Shown here piece after piece: positions 62,377 to 64,000 of a DNA stretch of 64,000 bases; the first letter of the stretch is position 1; the number at the start of each line of letters is the position of its first letter. Below the pieces are notes generated by a model. That model searched no databases. It was given only the letters and a program-made list of their open reading frames with translations, and was not told the DNA's origin. The stretch covers positions 102,922,001 through 102,986,000 of the forward strand of contig NW_024704742.1 in NCBI RefSeq assembly GCF_018977255.1, given 5' to 3'. The position numbers were made by a program, and so were the translations under genes. Origin of the DNA: Callorhinchus milii. Its lineage: Eukaryota.

Positions 62377-62613
62377 ATGGAGTCAGCTTGTGTCACAATG
62401 CATGAAGCCATGAAAACTGTCATTGATTATCAGACCCATTTCCGTCTAAGAGAAGCCCAAGGACGAAGTCGTGCAGAGGACCTGAATTCAAGGGTTGCCT
62501 TTTGGTCCATTGGAGAAGCCCTCATCTTGTTGGTTGTGAGCCTTGGCCAGGTGGTTCTCCTCAGAAGCTTCTTCTCAGACAAAAGAACCACTTCTACACG
62601 TGTTGGTTCATAA
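62377..62613 (+). CDS. TMED7: TMED7 coding exon 3 (coiled coil, TM helix, cytosolic tail)
   Basis: Acceptor ttttttttcaaacag|[81 protein letters not shown]; the [12 protein letters not shown] tail is TMED7-type; spliced total 211 aa. Confidence 0.97.
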   Translation: MESACVTMHEAMKTVIDYQTHFRLREAQGRSRAEDLNSRVAFWSIGEALILLVVSLGQVVLLRSFFSDKRTTSTRVGS

Positions 62614-64000
62614 CAAGAGTAGTCATGATGCAAAAGGTCTAAGCAGCACCTAACAGTTTTTCTGCTCTGACTCGCCTGTTTTGAAGATTAAGTGCAGGAA
62701 GGCTGTTAAGATTAAAATCCTTATTGACTGATTTTTTTCATCATTTTGGACTATTTACCAGAGAAAATATTCTGAGAATGAAATACTGTAATTTCACTGC
62801 AACTAGATGTCCAACCGATTACAGTATCATAGGCTCTAAGCATTCACTGCAGCACAAATTTCTAGGTAATTGATTACATTTTACTGAATAAGATCTGCTG
62901 GGTCTTGATTATTTAATTTGTGCTGTATTTGTGATTCCAGCAATAAGCAATCTCTCATCCTTTGCAGTCATATTAGTGAATATATGATTCTCAGGGGACG
63001 TTTCAAGGCATTTATTTAAATTGCTAGTTGACTTATGCAGCTGTAATCTACTGGACATCCAGGTGTTTAAAATCCAGACCTTTCTTAAATAGCAAGTAGC
63101 AAGTGTTTCGATTTTTCACTAATCTTGTTTTTGTTCAGTAAAAGTGATGTAACAGTAAAAATAATGTTGCAACTCTTGGGCATAAAACTCTTCACATTAC
63201 AACCATTTTGTACCTTTTCACTGGATGTGCACAAAGTTTGTCTAATAGCTTTGGATCAGTATTTCAAAATATAGTTCCAACCAACAATTGTTACATTATG
63301 GAAATGCTTCATCTATTTTTAAGCTCTTTAAATTGTCTGGGTTTTATTGTGCAGCTTTGTCTACAGTGGCATAGCTATGCTTAAGGTTTTAAGGTTGTAG
63401 TTGGAAATATGTGGTTCTGAAGGCAAGACACTTCCTGGTCTTCACTTCAGTTTTCTGAAAGCTTGTGTTTATGTACTTCTCAACCGCCAAATGTTGAGTA
63501 AATCAACCATTAAGGATTAAAAGGAAGGGGGGATTCGGGGTTATTACTATATATGCCACGGTGTAAATTTATTTAGGATAAGAGGATAAAAGTGAACAGT
63601 CCATGGCATATTTCACACAATGTGAACTGATAAAATGTTAATGATTTTATTTAAGGTCAAATCTTTATGAGAAGTTGTGCTACAGGTAAAATTAAAAACC
63701 TCAAAACGATGCTTTATATATTGACTGTTAAACATTAACAAATGTATTAATGTTTTTTCACAAACGTAACATTTTGCTATACTTCTATCATTGATAAATT
63801 CTCATTGAATTGGAGAATACTAACTTGTCTTTGAACTCTTGTTTTCTTGTAGAAATGTACTAAAGACTGTGTAAACTGATGAAATGACCCAGCTATTGGC
63901 TTCATTTTTTTTCCTCTTCCCTATTCCTTAATGTGATCAAACTTGGAAACAACCATAAAGGTTTGGCCTTGCACTTACATTTGTGTACCCATGGCAGTTT
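62614..64000 (+). other. TMED7: Probable TMED7 3' UTR (end not determined)
   Basis: AT-rich sequence with no recognisable transposons directly after the stop codon; ATTAAA near 62711 and 63691; cleavage site unknown. Confidence 0.6.

Noticed and set aside
62614..64000. TICAM2 or a TMED7-TICAM2 read-through exon
   Set aside because: No TIR-domain coding sequence is visible before the window ends.

Overview
Eukaryotic (vertebrate) genomic DNA. The repeat complement suggests a cartilaginous fish, possibly a chimaera; this is inference only. The one clearly supported host gene is a complete three-exon TMED7 (p24 family, 211 aa, + strand, CDS 56710-62613) with a CpG-island promoter. The ~55 kb upstream is a transposon-dense intergenic region. 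It holds many L2-clade LINE copies (one near full-length, one nested in another), CR1 LINEs (one with an unbroken 505-aa RT frame), tRNA-headed SINEs that share the L2 3' stem-loop, Deu-domain SINEs and Gypsy pol remnants. It also holds TA-flanked MITEs, Penelope-like repeats with decayed minimal hammerhead cores, and a decayed retrovirus-like LTR element (Lys-tRNA PBS, gag with three zinc knuckles) whose gag has been hit by a 28S rRNA fragment. The most unusual object is an ~800-bp insertion (44503-45299) with ~165-bp inverted termini (TG...CA), a 4-bp TSD and LTR-like internal anatomy. Repeat boundaries were set by eye and are approximate unless stated; family names come from recalled motifs, not database searches.
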